Below, in pieces: positions 13,300-26,707 of a stretch of 64,000 nucleotides of DNA. Position numbers and translations under genes: made by a program. Numbering within the stretch: position 1 is the first letter of the stretch; every line of letters starts with the position of its first letter. The notes under the pieces are model-generated. The model was not told the origin of the DNA and ran no database searches. It saw only the letters and a program-made list of their open reading frames with translations. The stretch is from assembly GCA_036172245.1 (NCBI GenBank), contig JAYWIR010000010.1, positions 4,774,001 through 4,838,000 on the forward strand. The letters run 5' to 3'. The stretch is from Raillietiella orientalis (Eukaryota).

Positions 13300-14290
13300 A
13301 TCCTTCATCACCAATAATGTTGGAGAGCACCAAGCACCAAAAGAAGGCAACCCGCGACACTTGAAATTCACAACGGTTTGGCGCGCCTTAGAGAAGAAGG
13401 CGCAAGACGTCTTCAGGCGGACGCATTGCGGTTTCAAAGCTCTCCGCGCGTTTCATGTCATGCGCAGAGCGTGAAGAACTTGCCTCAGTGGGAAGAAGAA
13501 AGATGCAGCTGAAAGGCCCTGTTTGAAACAAAGGACAAGGAGGTCAATATGGACTGAGGAACACTGCAGCCATGAGGAAAACATGTGGCTTTCTCTACAT
13601 GGACACCATGTAGAGAAAAGCGACGCGTGTGGAAGCCACAAGGGAACCGCTTGGTGTTGGTCACAACAGAGAAACTGGCAGAAGCAGGAGATAGGAACCG
13701 AGAAACATCTCTTCTCTTACCATCTCTTCTCTCTCTTGGTTTCTGGCATTCGGACGAGGTGAGCAGCGTCTTTGGAGAGCCGGGCTAGAGCGTTAGGCAG
13801 GAAGAGTACAAGCCAGGAAACCTCGCAATGAAGGCAGGTGGTTCGTGATGCAGCCGCCACCCACACGTGCGGACGGCTTGCATCCGACGTTTTCTCAAAC
13901 TGCAGTCGAACTCGGGGAACGCCGGAAGTGGCGGAAACACTCAGGCGCCGTTCGCCAGCAAGATATCGGGAACATCCCACACTCTGGAACCTGATGCTGG
14001 TAGTGCCCTCAACTCAAGGAGCGTTTCGCTGGGAGGAATTTGTGAGCCCCAGGAGCCCTCTTAGCAGGCCATCCACCCCTTCCCCAGTTCGGTGGGAACT
14101 CGGCAAACGTTGCGACGCACATTCAACGTCTTCACCACGGTCCAGCCTGCGTTGGTGGCTCACCACGCGATTGATGGAAAGCGCAAGTGGACTGGAGCAT
14201 GGCAAAAGAGTTTTGAATGACGCCGAATCGGGAGCACAGGAACCAGATTCGAAGCCGCTGGCTGACTAGGCCAGCTGTTCTGGGTTCTCT
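13300..14290 (-). mobile_element. Decayed Tx1-like ORF1 and EN start (same family as the 29.6, 41-43 and 54 kb copies)
   Basis: VWVAAASRTTCLHC knuckle relic (~13820-13865). gcatccgacgttttctcaaactgcag (~13880) resembles the sequence at ~41829. T*NARR at ~13445-13460 resembles the EN start TWNARG. Confidence 0.45.
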
Positions 14291-14464
14291 CTAGCGCTCA
14301 CGAGAGCAGCCGTGCCCCAAATCCCTTTTAATCAGCCCTGAGCAAACTAACCTCTAAATCCATCTAATGAATTCCAGATGAGTTCCTCAAACTCATATAA
14401 GATCATTCAAGATCTTAGATTCATCTAAGATCCATACTGTCGGCCACGATCTGTCACTAAAAAT

Positions 14465-16000
14465 ATCCAAGCTCTGAAGAACTATCCGCCCTCATAGGAA
14501 GGGGGTCTCACAAAGCTCTTTCAACACCGTCCACACCATCCGAGAATGCGTGTCACTCTTCCGATCATAGAAGGGAACCTCGTAGGGACCACCCTATGAA
14601 TTCAGGGAGGCTCCAGAGAATGGAGTTCGTTCCTCTCTTACGCGTGAGAGGGAACTCCGAAGGGAACCCTCACCCTAGTTGTCTCCGAAGGGAATCCCCC
14701 GGAGATGGTCGCTCTTCACTTTCTTCTCCGAAGGGAACCCAAAAAGGATCTGCGCTCATGGAATTTCTCCTCCTGAGGGAACCCACAAGGGAACCGCCCC
14801 CTGTTGATCCTCTGAAGAGAACCCCCAAGGGGCACTTCCCACTATCACTGAAGAGTCGCTCCTCGAAGGGAGCAACGCGCTTCTTGGCACTCTAGAGAGG
14901 CGACCTTCCGAGACAGATATCAGCCAGCTTCATGTTACGTGGTGGATGATCCATTAGAGGAAGGGGGGAAAGGACGGCTCTATTTTTCCAGCCGGAAGGA
15001 AATTCCAAAGGGAATTGGCTCGTTTGATTCCTGGAAGGACCCGGAGGGTCAACTCCCAATCCTGGAAGCCAGTCAACGAGGGGACATCCGGTTTCCGGCT
15101 TCCATCAGTGCTGCACCTCCCCTAGGAAGCACATGGGCAGCAGCCCTAGGGCTAGATGGGAGGTTACTGTGGAAACCTCCGGAAGCAGGAAAGGACTGGG
15201 CAAGTGGATGACGGGCCGGCCCACCGACTCTGCGACCCCGATTGCTCGACATCATGGACTTTTGCGCTGAGGCGTGCTACTGGGATTCCGGAGGGAGACC
15301 TACAGTGGTCCTTGGTGCTCATGAACACCCGCATGGGTCCATCAGCTTACTTAGCTTATCTTTGATTTAATTGAATTGTTTAGTAATAGTACATGACATC
15401 TTTATCAAAGCAATCCTTTTCTTAAGGTACATTAATTTTTAATTGTATGGTCTGTAGTGTTGGATAATGAAAATGGAAGTCAAAGTGGAAGGAGTTGGCG
15501 TTGATGCTACTGCACTGGGGTCTCCCGTGCAACTCCTGACGGCATAACTGGACACGGGAGGAGGGGAGGAACCAAACTGTGCAAGGTGCGGGAAGCCGAA
15601 ATCCCTCCCGCACCTCCTAGTGGACTGTTTCCCCTCCGGCCCCTTTGAGGACTCTTTGCTGCGACCCTGGGAACTCCCAGCGGCAATCCCAAAGGAGACG
15701 TTTAAAGCGCCTCTTCCTGCGCTACGCCCTCACCCCGGCCGCATCTCTAGCAGCACTTTGTTGCCTACGTGAGGAGCAACGCCAGAGGAGGCCAGAACGA
15801 CAGGGACGCCATCTATTTTGCTGTCCTCTTTATGAGGACAGTGTCAAGATGGCCCCATCTGGGAACCTTAAGACAGGAACTTGCCGGCATCCTTACAGGG
15901 ATGCAGAGAACGCCCTCCAGCATGCAGTAATCTCTTCCCGAATCATCCCCCCCCCATTTTTTGGACTGTATGTTTTTGGTTGTATTATTTTTTCTTTTTG
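14465..16000 (+). mobile_element. Internally deleted Tx1-like element: 5' module, ORF1 start and ORF2 C-terminal CCHC
   Basis: 14511-15120 is the diverged reverse complement of 42340-42900. 15578-15628 encodes CARCGKPKSLPHLLVDC (CX2CX7HX4C), preceded with one frameshift by KELALMLLHWGLP. A pyrimidine-rich 3' region follows at ~15950-16010. Confidence 0.6.
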
Positions 16001-16129
16001 TTTGTCTCCCCTCTTCCTGTGCTGCCAAGGCGAACCCGCTGGCCTGCGTGCCAGATCCCGGCAGGTTCCTTCCCGTATACATAAGTAACGTGGCAGGATC
16101 AAACGTGCTGCCACAGACGTGTACCTTTA

Positions 16130-16324
16130 TTTTATAAATAAACTGCCCGGCGTGACCGAATGTCAACCAATGCCGCACCCGAAGTCAGCACCATCCAGCT
16201 GGGAGAGGAACTCGAAACCTACGCACCTCGCATTCTCGCCGTCTATCCTTCCCCGTGCGGGATTCAAACCCGTAACGCTTGCTACCACGTGGCGTGGAGA
16301 CCACAGACACATGGCCGCCAACGC
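16130..16324 (-). mobile_element. tRNA-derived SINE
   Basis: Reverse complement aligns over ~150 bp with 55347-55503. It has an A-box-like ggccatgtgtctgtgg, a B-box-like GGTTTGAATCC and an AT-rich tail (tttatttataaaataaa). Confidence 0.65.
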
Positions 16325-16929
16325 GGGCTCCGGAGTTGGCTCCGAGCCTGCAGCTTCGATGCGGAGTGGTGCGCAATTCGCCAAACACCCCATCGACATT
16401 CGGAGCTGATGACGAGCTTTCGGCGCTCCTCACAATTCCGACCTCGAGATAAAACTTTTGCAAAATCTCCGTTTTGCCGAGATGCGAAGTGCACCTGATC
16501 TTTTTTGAACGAGCTCCACCCTGGATGATCTCTGTGGTGGCATTTGGCTCTCAGGGAGCACCCTCAGTTTCGTCTTTTTCCTCGGCAGCCTCACTAGAGA
16601 CGCCGGTGAGCCGGACTGGGAAAGTGTTTGAGGGATTCCCCCCCACTTCCGTGCACACACACCCCCGGAGGACGCCGCTGTTGTCCGAGGACAGGCTCAG
16701 GGGCCTTCCGCCCCTACACTTACTGACCTGCAAGCTTGGTGGACAGGTCCTCCCTTTCCGCGGCAACCCGAAAGATCCAAACGCTTTCCAGGTTCGTCCG
16801 AAGCGCGGCCGCACTGTTGGGGTTGCATCGGTGAACCTCTTGGATTAAGTGATGCTGAAAGAGGCCTGCCCAGGTTCTCCACGACCCCTCCCAAAGGACG
16901 CTTTCCCCTTTCCTCAGAATCTCCCGCGC

Positions 16930-17960
16930 GCTTGCAGTTGACTTGCCGACCACGTCTGACGTTTCATATTATTGCAAAAGACATACCTGGTCAGAGCGAT
17001 GTTGCACGCTTCGGAAAGCTGGGAGATTTGTGGGAAGGAATGCAATTCCATACTGATAGGAGATATGCTCGAGTCGCTGGATGCGAGGTACCTGTCGCTC
17101 ATCTTTGTTCCACTCCGGCGAAAGATCTTCAAGAACGCAGAGTCTAAAAACAAAAAATAGGTGTCTGAAAACTGGATTCACAAACGTCAGGGGCATCGGG
17201 GCTTCCCGATGCACCTCCACATGCTATTTCAAAATGGCCACCTCGGCATGGCTAGGGGATCTCTTTCATTCAGACCTCGTGCCGTGGTCAGCTTCCGGAA
17301 TCTGTGCGAACGTGAGGCCTGCAGCATTGCCGAACTTTCGAGTCGGAAAGACCCAGAAAGGCAACTCCGAAAGCATTCTTTTTCTTGCTCGCGCGTGCTC
17401 GGATGAGAGCGTGTACAGGTCCGGAGGTTGTAGCAAGCGCGGCGAAGCGGGACACATCGAGAGGGAGGTGTGCCCGAAGATCGAGTGCCGCCCCTGCAAA
17501 CAATTTAAGCACATCAGCCCGCTCTTGTCGGCGTCTTCCTCTTTGCCCTTAAAAGCGACCGTGACGCGAGGGGTCGGTGCTGCCGAGGGAGGCGCCGCAC
17601 CTTCATCGGAGGTCTCAGAGGAATAAATGCGCAAGGAGACCAACGAGGGGGAGGGATGCCTTCTGGGTGGGTCCGGGCGTGCTCCACGGGAAATCAGCGC
17701 TATCACAGCGCTGAAGCTCGTCTCAGATTCGGAAAATCTTCCCACGCGTTGCGAGGAAGCTTCCTTGACTTTCCAGCAGGATGGGGCACTTCGGGGCATT
17801 CGCCTTCCCGTGTGCCATCAGCCGACCTACCGTGGAGGGGAACTTACCAGTACTAGGACTCTGGTGGGAAGGACGGAATGGTTACTCCGCACGCTTCCTC
17901 ATTACGCTTATCTCGGAAGATTGGAGATGAGAGTGGCACTCGAAAGAACACTAGGAATCT
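16930..17960 (+). mobile_element. Decayed L1/Tx1-like ORF1 (zinc knuckles) and probable EN start
   Basis: LTFHIIAKDIPGQSDVARFGK (RRM-like), then CSKRGEAGHIEREVCPKIECRPCKQFKH (two eroded CCHC, ~17428-17513), then ASLTFQQD and GGKDGMV (~LQE, GV of EN). Confidence 0.5.
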
Positions 17961-18018
17961 ATTTTCGGTGCTGATTCTCATCCCGGAAGGGAAAAAAGAG
18001 CAAGCAATCGTGATAAAA

Positions 18019-18046
18019 AAAGAAAGAAAGAAAGAAAGAAAGAAAG
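18019..18046 (+). repeat. (AAAG)7 microsatellite
   Basis: Directly visible tandem AAAG units. Confidence 0.9.
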
Positions 18047-19199
18047 CTAAACACTGGCACAGTTCACGTGCTATTTTGAATCGTAAGTCGAAAGAAGCCA
18101 CTTCGACAAGGGGTGGTGATAACGAAATGAAGCGCAGAGGAGGAGAATCGAAGGTTCCGTGAGACCCTTGAAACCTTCCTCAAGATTCGGGAACGGATCA
18201 GACACCGTCCGCCTCTTGGTTTGATATTGCTCGACGCTTGTTTCGCTTGAAGCTGGGATTTTCCCGAATCCGGGGGTTCTCGAAAAAGGGAATGATCCGG
18301 AAGTGTGTAGAGATCGAGTGTGATGTGACAATGTGTTTCGGAGGACCGGAAGGAAAGTTGCAGCCGGAAGGCCAAGGTTTCGATGTGGTATTTCGCATCA
18401 TCGGGGGGGGATGCGGCGCTGGCAGCATGCAAGGCGGACAGCGTTTCATTGACGCGCGCTCTCTTTGCCTGTCTGCGAGCCTCTTCCGCCGCGACACTTT
18501 CGTGACAGCAGACTGCTGGGGATCCACCGACGGGTGGACACGTGATCGAGTAAAACAAATTTGATCCCGCCGAATCCTTCGCCGGGAAGAGACGCCGACC
18601 CTGTGTGGCCACATGGCGGGAGGGGGAACCTCTGGCGAAAAAAGAGGAGAAATTATCGAGTGCCCGATCATTTAAAGAAAAAAAAAAAAAATTAATGAGT
18701 GGAGAGATTTCTGAAGCCCTGTGGTGTGTTTGGTGTTTTCACCTCTTTCGAACTCACCCATCCAGGTTCGGATGAGACTGAGAATACGACCGAGTCGCAA
18801 ACGAGATGGGCCGTTCAGCGGCCCACAGATGTTTCACAGGAAGCGCCACCTCGCATGACGTGGTTTCGGTGCGTTCTCTTTAGCTGTCACTTGTGTTGAC
18901 ATGCATATGCGGCACTTTCATCCTGGATGGAGGAAGCAAAAAGGATCGAGAAGCGGCTTCAAGAGAATTTCTTGAGTACTTCCGATCCATCAGACAAGCA
19001 CATCTCCAGCAGCCACCTCTGCAGTGTTCCTGATCTCAAGTCTCCTCATCATCACATACCAGGACATTCGGTGCATGCGTCAGGGATCGCGAGAACACCT
19101 TCCCGTTCCAGCGCCGCAAAACTTTCACTTTGTGGGATCGGTTTTTCAAGTAAAGGGCTGCGTTCTGAAGAGGGAATTCAGGGTCCTTCCACCCTTGAC

Positions 19200-20450
19200 A
19201 GATTTGCAAACATCTAACTCTATGGAGGCAAAGAATTTAGTCAGAGAGCTTGGTCCAGCAGTTCCTCTTCCGAAGAGCAGGGGTTGACAGTGGTGGGAAT
19301 CCCTCTCGAGCGAGGGAGGAATGGAGAACCGGTTAGACTCTTTAATTGCATGGCAGAGACGAACACTTTGCCTTCCGTGAAGAAGGTGCTGAGAAATCGA
19401 ACGTACTGCAGCGTGCGAGCGGGAAGCGAACGATCAGCAGTTGTCATGCAATGAACACCGGTGCAGTCTCACGGCGTGGAAGGAACGGCTTACTGCATGG
19501 ACTGAGGAGTATGGGGAAGGTTCGGTTCCGTGCAGCTTGCAGCACTTCGAGCAAGGAGCGGCTCACGGGCCCGAACACTCCAGATTCAAGATGAAAGGTG
19601 CAAAGAACGCACCAGTCACCATCCACCGGATCCCGTGTTTGGGAAGGTTCGTAAGAGTTCAACAGTTCGGGAAGGAATCTGCCACAATCATCTGTGAATG
19701 ATTCCGTGATAGCAAGGTCCCCATGCCCCGATCAGTATTCTCAAAAGCTGACTTCTGGTGAATCTAATTTCCAGCAAGAGAACGCGTGAAGTGGAAGGTA
19801 CGAAGTAGAAAAATCGATGCAGTATTGACAGCCAATAAATTGCGAGTTCGCTCATCCTGCTTGCCTGTGCTGATCAACATTCGAAGCACCAGATAAAATT
19901 CACGAAGAAGCCCTCGAGTTATTCGGTAGGTCTTCGGAACAACCCTTCGATGCCGAAGAGTTTCTGCAAGACGCAGGAGAGCTCCTCCGTATTCCATCGT
20001 GTCAGCATGGAGAATACGTCCACAGGGATGGTCGCACTTCTCACTTAGCTCCTAGCGTGGCAAGTTAAAATTTGCCAAGCCTGCGCCCATGCTGGACGCG
20101 CTTGAAAGGTGGCCCACAGAGAAAACCTATGAATCGGTACTCGTTTTCACAAGCCTCCACCCGTTGCCCAAGAAATCAATTGAGCCTTCTGAATCGCCTC
20201 CTCCAGAGACCTCGCTGAACTACGTATCTGTGGACTTTTTCAAATCTCTTTACCAGCCACAGTAAGCTGCTGGGCGCATCTCTGGAAATGCTCTGTAGGA
20301 CCAACCTCAAAGCTCGTAAAGAATGTTTGCGGTCTGTTTTAAAAGAAATGTTTCGACATGCTGCCTCTTGAATAGCATCCGAAGGGCCGAAGCCGAGGGT
20401 TTGCAGCCTCAACTCGCATGCGTTAAAGAGCTTTTCCTACATGAGTTGCT
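19200..20450 (+). mobile_element. Decayed L1/Tx1-like ORF1 relic and APE endonuclease
   Basis: ORF1-like LTAWTEEYGE and KNAPVTIHRIPCLGRFVRV. EN motifs in order: LINIRST (~19870), FDAEEFLQD (~19945-19972), TGMVALL (~20022), HAGR (~20090), VFTSLHP (~20143). Confidence 0.5.
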
Positions 20451-21539
20451 CTCACCATCATTGGGAGCATTTCTTTCTATTCTCACTTGTTCTTGTGATG
20501 AGCTTCATTTCTTTTGGACGAAATAAAAATTTCGTCCAAAAGAAATCCCCAAAGTTTGGTGCACAAACTTTTATCGGTAAGACACACAGCAGCAGCTTCG
20601 GGCTGTTTCCGCAAGCTTCTCAACCCACTCGCCGCTCGAGTATAGCGTGGCGCTCGGTTTCATATTTTCTCAGGAAATCACCTCCGGTTCATTCGACCAT
20701 GTCCGTGATAGAACACTTTGTCAAAATTCTTCACGGAATCTTACGGAATGAACATGAGGAAGCCTTGCCCCGCGCTGCTCTTGCATCATCCTCTTCTCGA
20801 GAACAAGAACTTTTTAACAGAACCCATGTAATCGATTGGTGCCTTTCAACGAAAAATGGCTCTACGATTTGTGAACTCTCGATCCCGTGGTCTCCATTTA
20901 GCACGCTTCTTGTGAAGGGTTTCTGCACCAGGCAGTTGGCTGTTAGAAAGCAGAGATGAAGCAGAGATTGCGTAACACCAAGGCTTGCTTTAGGTGGAGC
21001 GCACAGCTTGAATGAAAAAATTTTCAATTCAAATGATATGTCCAAATGGGTGTTCCAGAAAGGAAAAAAAAATTCTGCATCTTTTTTCCCGATGCTGTAG
21101 CTTTCGATTGCGACACAAACTGGTACTCTTTGCCTACTAATCCGAAAGCACCGCGCAGTTTCAATGGAACAAAAGAATTGCTGAGCGCAGAGTCGTATGG
21201 GTGTGAGGGTCATCTCATTAAGATTGACCCCGCATCTGATCCTGTACCAGATGTAGAGTTAATCCAAGGGCTCCTGATTAATTCAATGTGTGTTATCTAT
21301 TCTGGAGTCACCCAACGCACAACTCTGAAGTTCTTTCAAATGGAAGAAAGCGCACCAGTCCGAAAGTTCGCAATCCTTCCGGAATTCCCTGCTTCGCTCC
21401 TCATGAGTGCGCGTCTGGTGTGCGAGATTTGTGAAGGAAAGCCCATCAGGGGTGTCGCACAGATAGGTAAGAGGTAAGCCCCTTGCTACCAGTGATCTTC
21501 ACCGGTTCCCCGCCGCCATGCAATCAAACTCGTACTCAC

Positions 21540-21611
21540 CGCTTTCATGAGCTGGACGAGCTTGACCAAAACTATTCACACTTGCAAAGCTTTCATCAGG
21601 AGAACTGGCCA
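21540..21611 (-). CDS. Candidate 72-nt internal exon of an unidentified gene (phase 1 to 1: VASSPDESFASVNSFGQARPAHES)
   Basis: Acceptor ttcttttcag and donor G|gtgagta; length divisible by 3; open in phase 1. No recognisable homology. Confidence 0.35.
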
Positions 21612-22923
21612 CTGAAAAGAATTGAGATCATCCTTCAGTTGTTTTTCAAACGTTATGTCATGATCACATGCGCATCCAGGAAACATGAAAACTGATTAGC
21701 TCATTCATCCATGTAAAATACGTTCCAAGACTCGAAACAGTACACCACGCACGTCGCCAAGATTGGCAGCAAAGCGACAACCACAAAGGCGGTATCCTTT
21801 CTTATTCAATTTCGATGCGCAGGCCACCTTTTGAAGGAATGGGCGAACATTCAAAAACGGAGACTTCAGTGTCACCCATGCGCACGTTCGGTGAGCGCCT
21901 TCCAGCTGCTCGGAGGGACGGAACCATAGATCACGGAGCAAGGAAACAAGCAACCGCTTGATTTCTGATCGGCTTAGCAACATGCTCGCTCACCCAACAA
22001 CAGATGGGAAGACTTCCGTCTATGCGAATTCCTGAACATCCGTAGAAACGGAAGAAATATTGAATTCCAGGATAGTACGCAGCAGTTTCGTCAGATTAGG
22101 AACATTTTCTTCGTCTAGCTGACGAAGAAAATGAAGGGAATTCATCAACAAGTTACCTTAACGAAAAATGAAAAATCATCTTGTTGCCAAGTAGCTGTTT
22201 TCAGAGCATCAGAGTGCCGCTCGGATGCAATGATTAATTTCAGATACGTGAGAAAGTCCGCAGTTTGTTGCAAGCAAAGCAGAAAGGCTCGAAGCTTAAT
22301 GTTACACCAGAGCAACGAGGAAGGAAGATGAAAATCTCAAGATGATTTCACCAGTGATCCAGAAAAATCCTAAATCCTCGAAAAAAACAAAAAATATATA
22401 TGTAACTTTTATATTTAAACAACATATGTAACGCTGGGCAGGAGGAACATTTTAGGCGAAATGCAATAGTCTGAGGTGTCAAATCGGCTAGGCAGGCATG
22501 GGGCCGATGCAGCTTATAGGGAATGGTATTATAAATTCATGAAGGGAAATAAATTGGGTTATAAGATAGTCATGTATTCCTTGCCGAGGTGCCTGGTAGG
22601 GGTGTGGGTGACATGTCAGACGAATTGGTTTATGGAAAGGTTAATGAATTAAGTAATTTCCTTTGTTTGCTATGTAACAAGAACTATCTATCAGTGGACC
22701 GCCAAGTCTGGATGGGTGAGCAGAAGGAGTTGGACACCTATTCGTGAGGTGAATTCTTCGGTGCTCAGGTTATGTTTCATGAATTGTGTATAATTAGCTG
22801 TTGTGAATGGGGACGGTGGTTTATCTGAAGAGGTAGCAGCGATGAAGTTGAATAGGAGGCTGTGAAATCTTAGCATCGCGAGCTGATTGCTAACTGAGAG
22901 ATTTTTATTCTTCGGTGCAATCT

Positions 22924-22961
22924 AAATAATCTTGCGCCAAGTACTCGGCGCAAGATTATTT
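22924..22961. repeat. 38-bp near-perfect palindrome
   Basis: aaataatcttgcgcc-aagtactc-ggcgcaagattattt: perfect 15-bp arms; the centre agtact is itself palindromic. Confidence 0.9.
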
Positions 22962-25378
22962 TAGTGCATTGGTACTTACCATAGGAAAGAAGCAAAAATA
23001 TATAAATGCAATCTTCCATTTAAAGCGTCATCTTTTTTAAAGGGAAGAAAAAAAATTATGATTATTGCTACATTTTTCTTAAAGAAACAGCAACTCTGCC
23101 CTCTGCAATCTCAATCATAAAATTCCATGCCTGCTGCATGGATCGAAGATATTTGGATGGGAATTTTGTAGCCATGGAAGAATAGTCCATTAAAATACGC
23201 TATTATTATATAGCTGCGTTCATAAGATAGAGTAAAAAACAGCTGCCTTCGATTTAATTGAAATGACAACGATTGATGAACTTTTCATCAGAATCTATTC
23301 GTGAATCCAACTTTGGGTGTCTTATTTACATCTCTAAGTCGGCCTCTTTGTCTGCAGTAAATACTTTCTGCTTCGCAAAACCACTCCTGAATTTTTATAG
23401 TGATGTATTCGAAAGACGACTTGCAACTGTTTTAATCGAAAACTCGGAAGCTGAAGACCTCTACATTAGTCCAAGAGTAAATTCGGGCATCCAGGTTCGT
23501 AGCACGAAGGAGTCCACGTATTTCCTTTTTGCACCTTCCAACTCATCCCTTGGTAAATTCTGAAGACGTCACTTGATACGAGTAAGCACCGCATCTTCGA
23601 GGCGAGAACACGTAGCAGCAAAAAGACTTCTGGCTGGCGAGCGACGAATTCGTGTTCTTCCTTATCTCTTCATTACCAATAGGCTTCGTAGCTTTGCTCC
23701 AGAGTGGTCCTTCCTAGAAGTTTCATGGACCTCCTTCAGTAACTTCACATTTCCACCCACTTATAATTAACTTGGTACTTGCATTGGTGAACGTCCAGGA
23801 TGCTCGTCCGATGTCATTTCTCAAGAGCATTTTTATGTTTCATTCAGATTGACTGGAGCAAAAGCGTAAGGATTGAACGAGAATTGAGACCCCCTTACGT
23901 GGCTGCTCTCGAATCAAATCCCCACATTACATGAGCAGCAGCAAAAGTGAACGCTGAACCAGCAGGTTTCTAACGACATCCCTGTGAGGATGCGAATAAC
24001 GCACGAGCAGCAGCAGCGCACCCCAAAAAGACTCTTCCAGCTTCTTGCGCTCGAAGCTGAAAGGTGTGCACGGTGGACACCTCATACGGCACACTGCGGC
24101 AAGCTGGATCCGTGGTGTGTGTGAAGCATGCAATTTCTGTGATCACCCCTCTCGCTCGGTGGACCAGGGAGGAGGGAGATGCTTCGCAAAAGACGAGTTC
24201 GTTTTAGGGGTTCGCAAATGGGAGTCCCGCTTTTCAGGTTACATCTCAATATCTCTCAATATCTCGTGAGAGAACTTCATCTGATTCACTGAAGCAAATC
24301 TCTTTTTAATGCCTTTTCACTATTTTCCTCTAACAGGGCCTATAAGAACTGCATCTTATAACTCCACAAGACCTCTCTTGCCTCATGGAGCGTTGGATCT
24401 GGGCCAAAAGAGGCTATTCTGAAGGAAAACCCCACTCTCGGAACCTAATTCCCTGAGATCAAAGAACCTGTGGCATACGTGTGTTCTCCACCACAATGCA
24501 GCAGTGTGATTCAGAAAATGAGATTAAATGAGATCCAGGATGTTCCTGTCTTCGAGTGATTCATAAAAAGTACATTTCCGGAAAGAACTATTTAAAATGA
24601 TAGTTTGAATATTTAAAAAAAAAAAAGGCAGAAAAACGCTTGTTGGAGGAACCGAAATATGGAGCTGCTGAGTTCTTTTTAACAGAAAAACGTTCTGCAC
24701 CTACTTCTGCTTTTAGACCTTATGTGACCAGAAGGATAGCAAGCATCCTTCCTCTCAAACTGCTTACCATTTTCTGCATTCTTGCTTTCACAACTACGAA
24801 ACCAATGCGCAACTTACGCTTAAGAAATTCTGAAAGTTTTCGAGCAACTTTTAGAATTTTTCAACGGCCCAAATGAACTCCAGGATGTTTCTAGTTAACG
24901 GAAAGATTCTCGACGATGAGCAGAACAAGAGCAACGCTCAGCATCGCTGAAGAAAACATGCGAAGATCTCTTGGCTTCCACGCAACGAAATCGAGCTTAT
25001 CGCAAGAGTGCGGGGGGTTTACTAAGATGCACCCGGATATCGGGATTTGCTGCTGAACAAACACTGCCATCCAAGTGATAAGAAACACGGCTTCAGGCAG
25101 AGAAATCTCGTCCTCTGTTCGTGGAAGATGGCTCCAAATTATCTCTGCTGCGCTCAGAACTGCACGTAGAGCATTTTGTTCTAAAAAAAAATCCATGTAT
25201 GTGTAGGGCGTACACTAAGCTGGAGAGTCGGTTGGGATCCGGGATCGTTCGCAGGCTTGCAACGTGTCGCTTGCAACAGACAGATGCTCCTGTAGCGGCG
25301 ATGAAATTCCCGCTGTCACGAAAACCGCACCAATCTCCAAACCGTGGACCGTCCGACTTGAGAATTTCTCTGCATGCA

Positions 25379-25409
25379 ACCACCACCACCACCACCACCA
25401 CCACCACCA
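25379..25409 (+). repeat. (ACC)10 microsatellite
   Basis: Directly visible trinucleotide run. Confidence 0.95.
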
Positions 25410-26189
25410 AACGAAGCCAGCGGTGGGAAAGGAGGAAATGGGTGTGCTGTGAAGGTGACCAGCGAATTTCTTTCGTTCTCTCCGCACAGGCTCAAAACTT
25501 CAAATGCAAGCTGCGGACGGCTGCAGCAGTGGAATCAAGGGATCTTCGCCATCAAGTGAGCCGCTCAAAAATTGGAAATTCAGAATTTAAATTTGAACGC
25601 CTTCTGACGTTTCTCTCTTTGACACATCGGCTTCTTGTAATCGATGTAGAAGTCGCTCGATGTCTTTCATTCCCGCGTTCAAATCTCTCGTGCGATCTCC
25701 TGAATCCCCTGCACGTTCCAATCTGAGCATCCCCACTGAACCGGGAGGACTCCAATTTATGGCAGCGATTCTGTGCAATGCAGCTGCCACACGCAGCTCC
25801 TCAAAAAGGGACGCCAAAGTAGCTGTGCTTTCACAGGTCCCTTGGCTTTCAGAAGTTTCGCAGACGGCTTCGTGAGCAGAAAAAAGGAGTCATCTGCCCT
25901 CTGCCGTACTTCCACCATTGGAGAAGACTGCGTCGGACTTGTGTCTCCGGAGGCGTTTCCTCCTCCTCTTGGGCATTCGGATGAGGGATGCAAGCCACAA
26001 GAACCACTTTCCATTGAATTCGGTTAGACGCTTCAAGAATGCTAGCAAAAAAAGGGGGAGCAGACAGACACGGGCATTTAGGCGAGCCGGCCATACAGGA
26101 CCGCAATCCACATCCACCCACTAATTGGGTTAGGATTGTGGCGAGTCTCATCTGCTAATCGGAAATGCCCTCTTATTTTCAAAGGTATG

Positions 26190-26445
26190 AGAAATCCGTG
26201 CTATCCGATGTCCGGTGAGGAGTGGGAGATCGGACCGAAAATTCCTGAAGAATCGATTTTGCCTTCCCCATTCGCCCCAGCCATCATCGGAAACCTCCCT
26301 GGAACTGACCCCCTGGTTGCTCGAGCATTCATTCTGAAACTCGGAAGCATTCCTCGGGATTGGCTACCGATTGACACTCCCATAATTAATTCCAGCTGGT
26401 ACTGAAACTGGACCGATCGCCCTTCAAGTTCTCAGGAAGCTTTGC
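26190..26445 (+). mobile_element. CR1/L2-like RT N-terminal fragment
   Basis: SG..EIGPKIPEE (~GPDgI.P..LKE), PLVARAFILKLGSIPRDW (~sl..G.iP.dWk), then GPIALQVLRKL (~RPIsL...K). Confidence 0.5.
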
Positions 26446-26707
26446 CGTCGTCAATTCTTTTGCATTCGCTCAAGGAGACTCCGCGGCGATTACGTCGGAA
26501 AGTGAACCGCAGGATGTGGTCCCAAGCCGCCGACAGCGCGTCCGCAAGGGTCGACTCGATCGGACGAACGAGGAAAGGTAAGGGAGGGGGTGGAAGGGAA
26601 GGGAAGAGGTCTCCACCGCTGCTGTCGACCCCGCTCCTCGACAGCCTGCGCCCGCGACCCGCCCCCGCCAGCGGCCGCACGCCGCGCGGTGCTCCCGACG
26701 CACTCAC

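Noticed and set aside
17627..17974. FQQDGA resembling a Tc1/mariner DDE motif
   Set aside because: It lacks the following H and a clear WP..SPDL, has no TIRs, and its position right after ORF1 knuckles fits the endonuclease LQE motif better.
25264..25559. Poly-His/Pro/Thr ORFs
   Set aside because: These are translations of the (ACC)n microsatellite.
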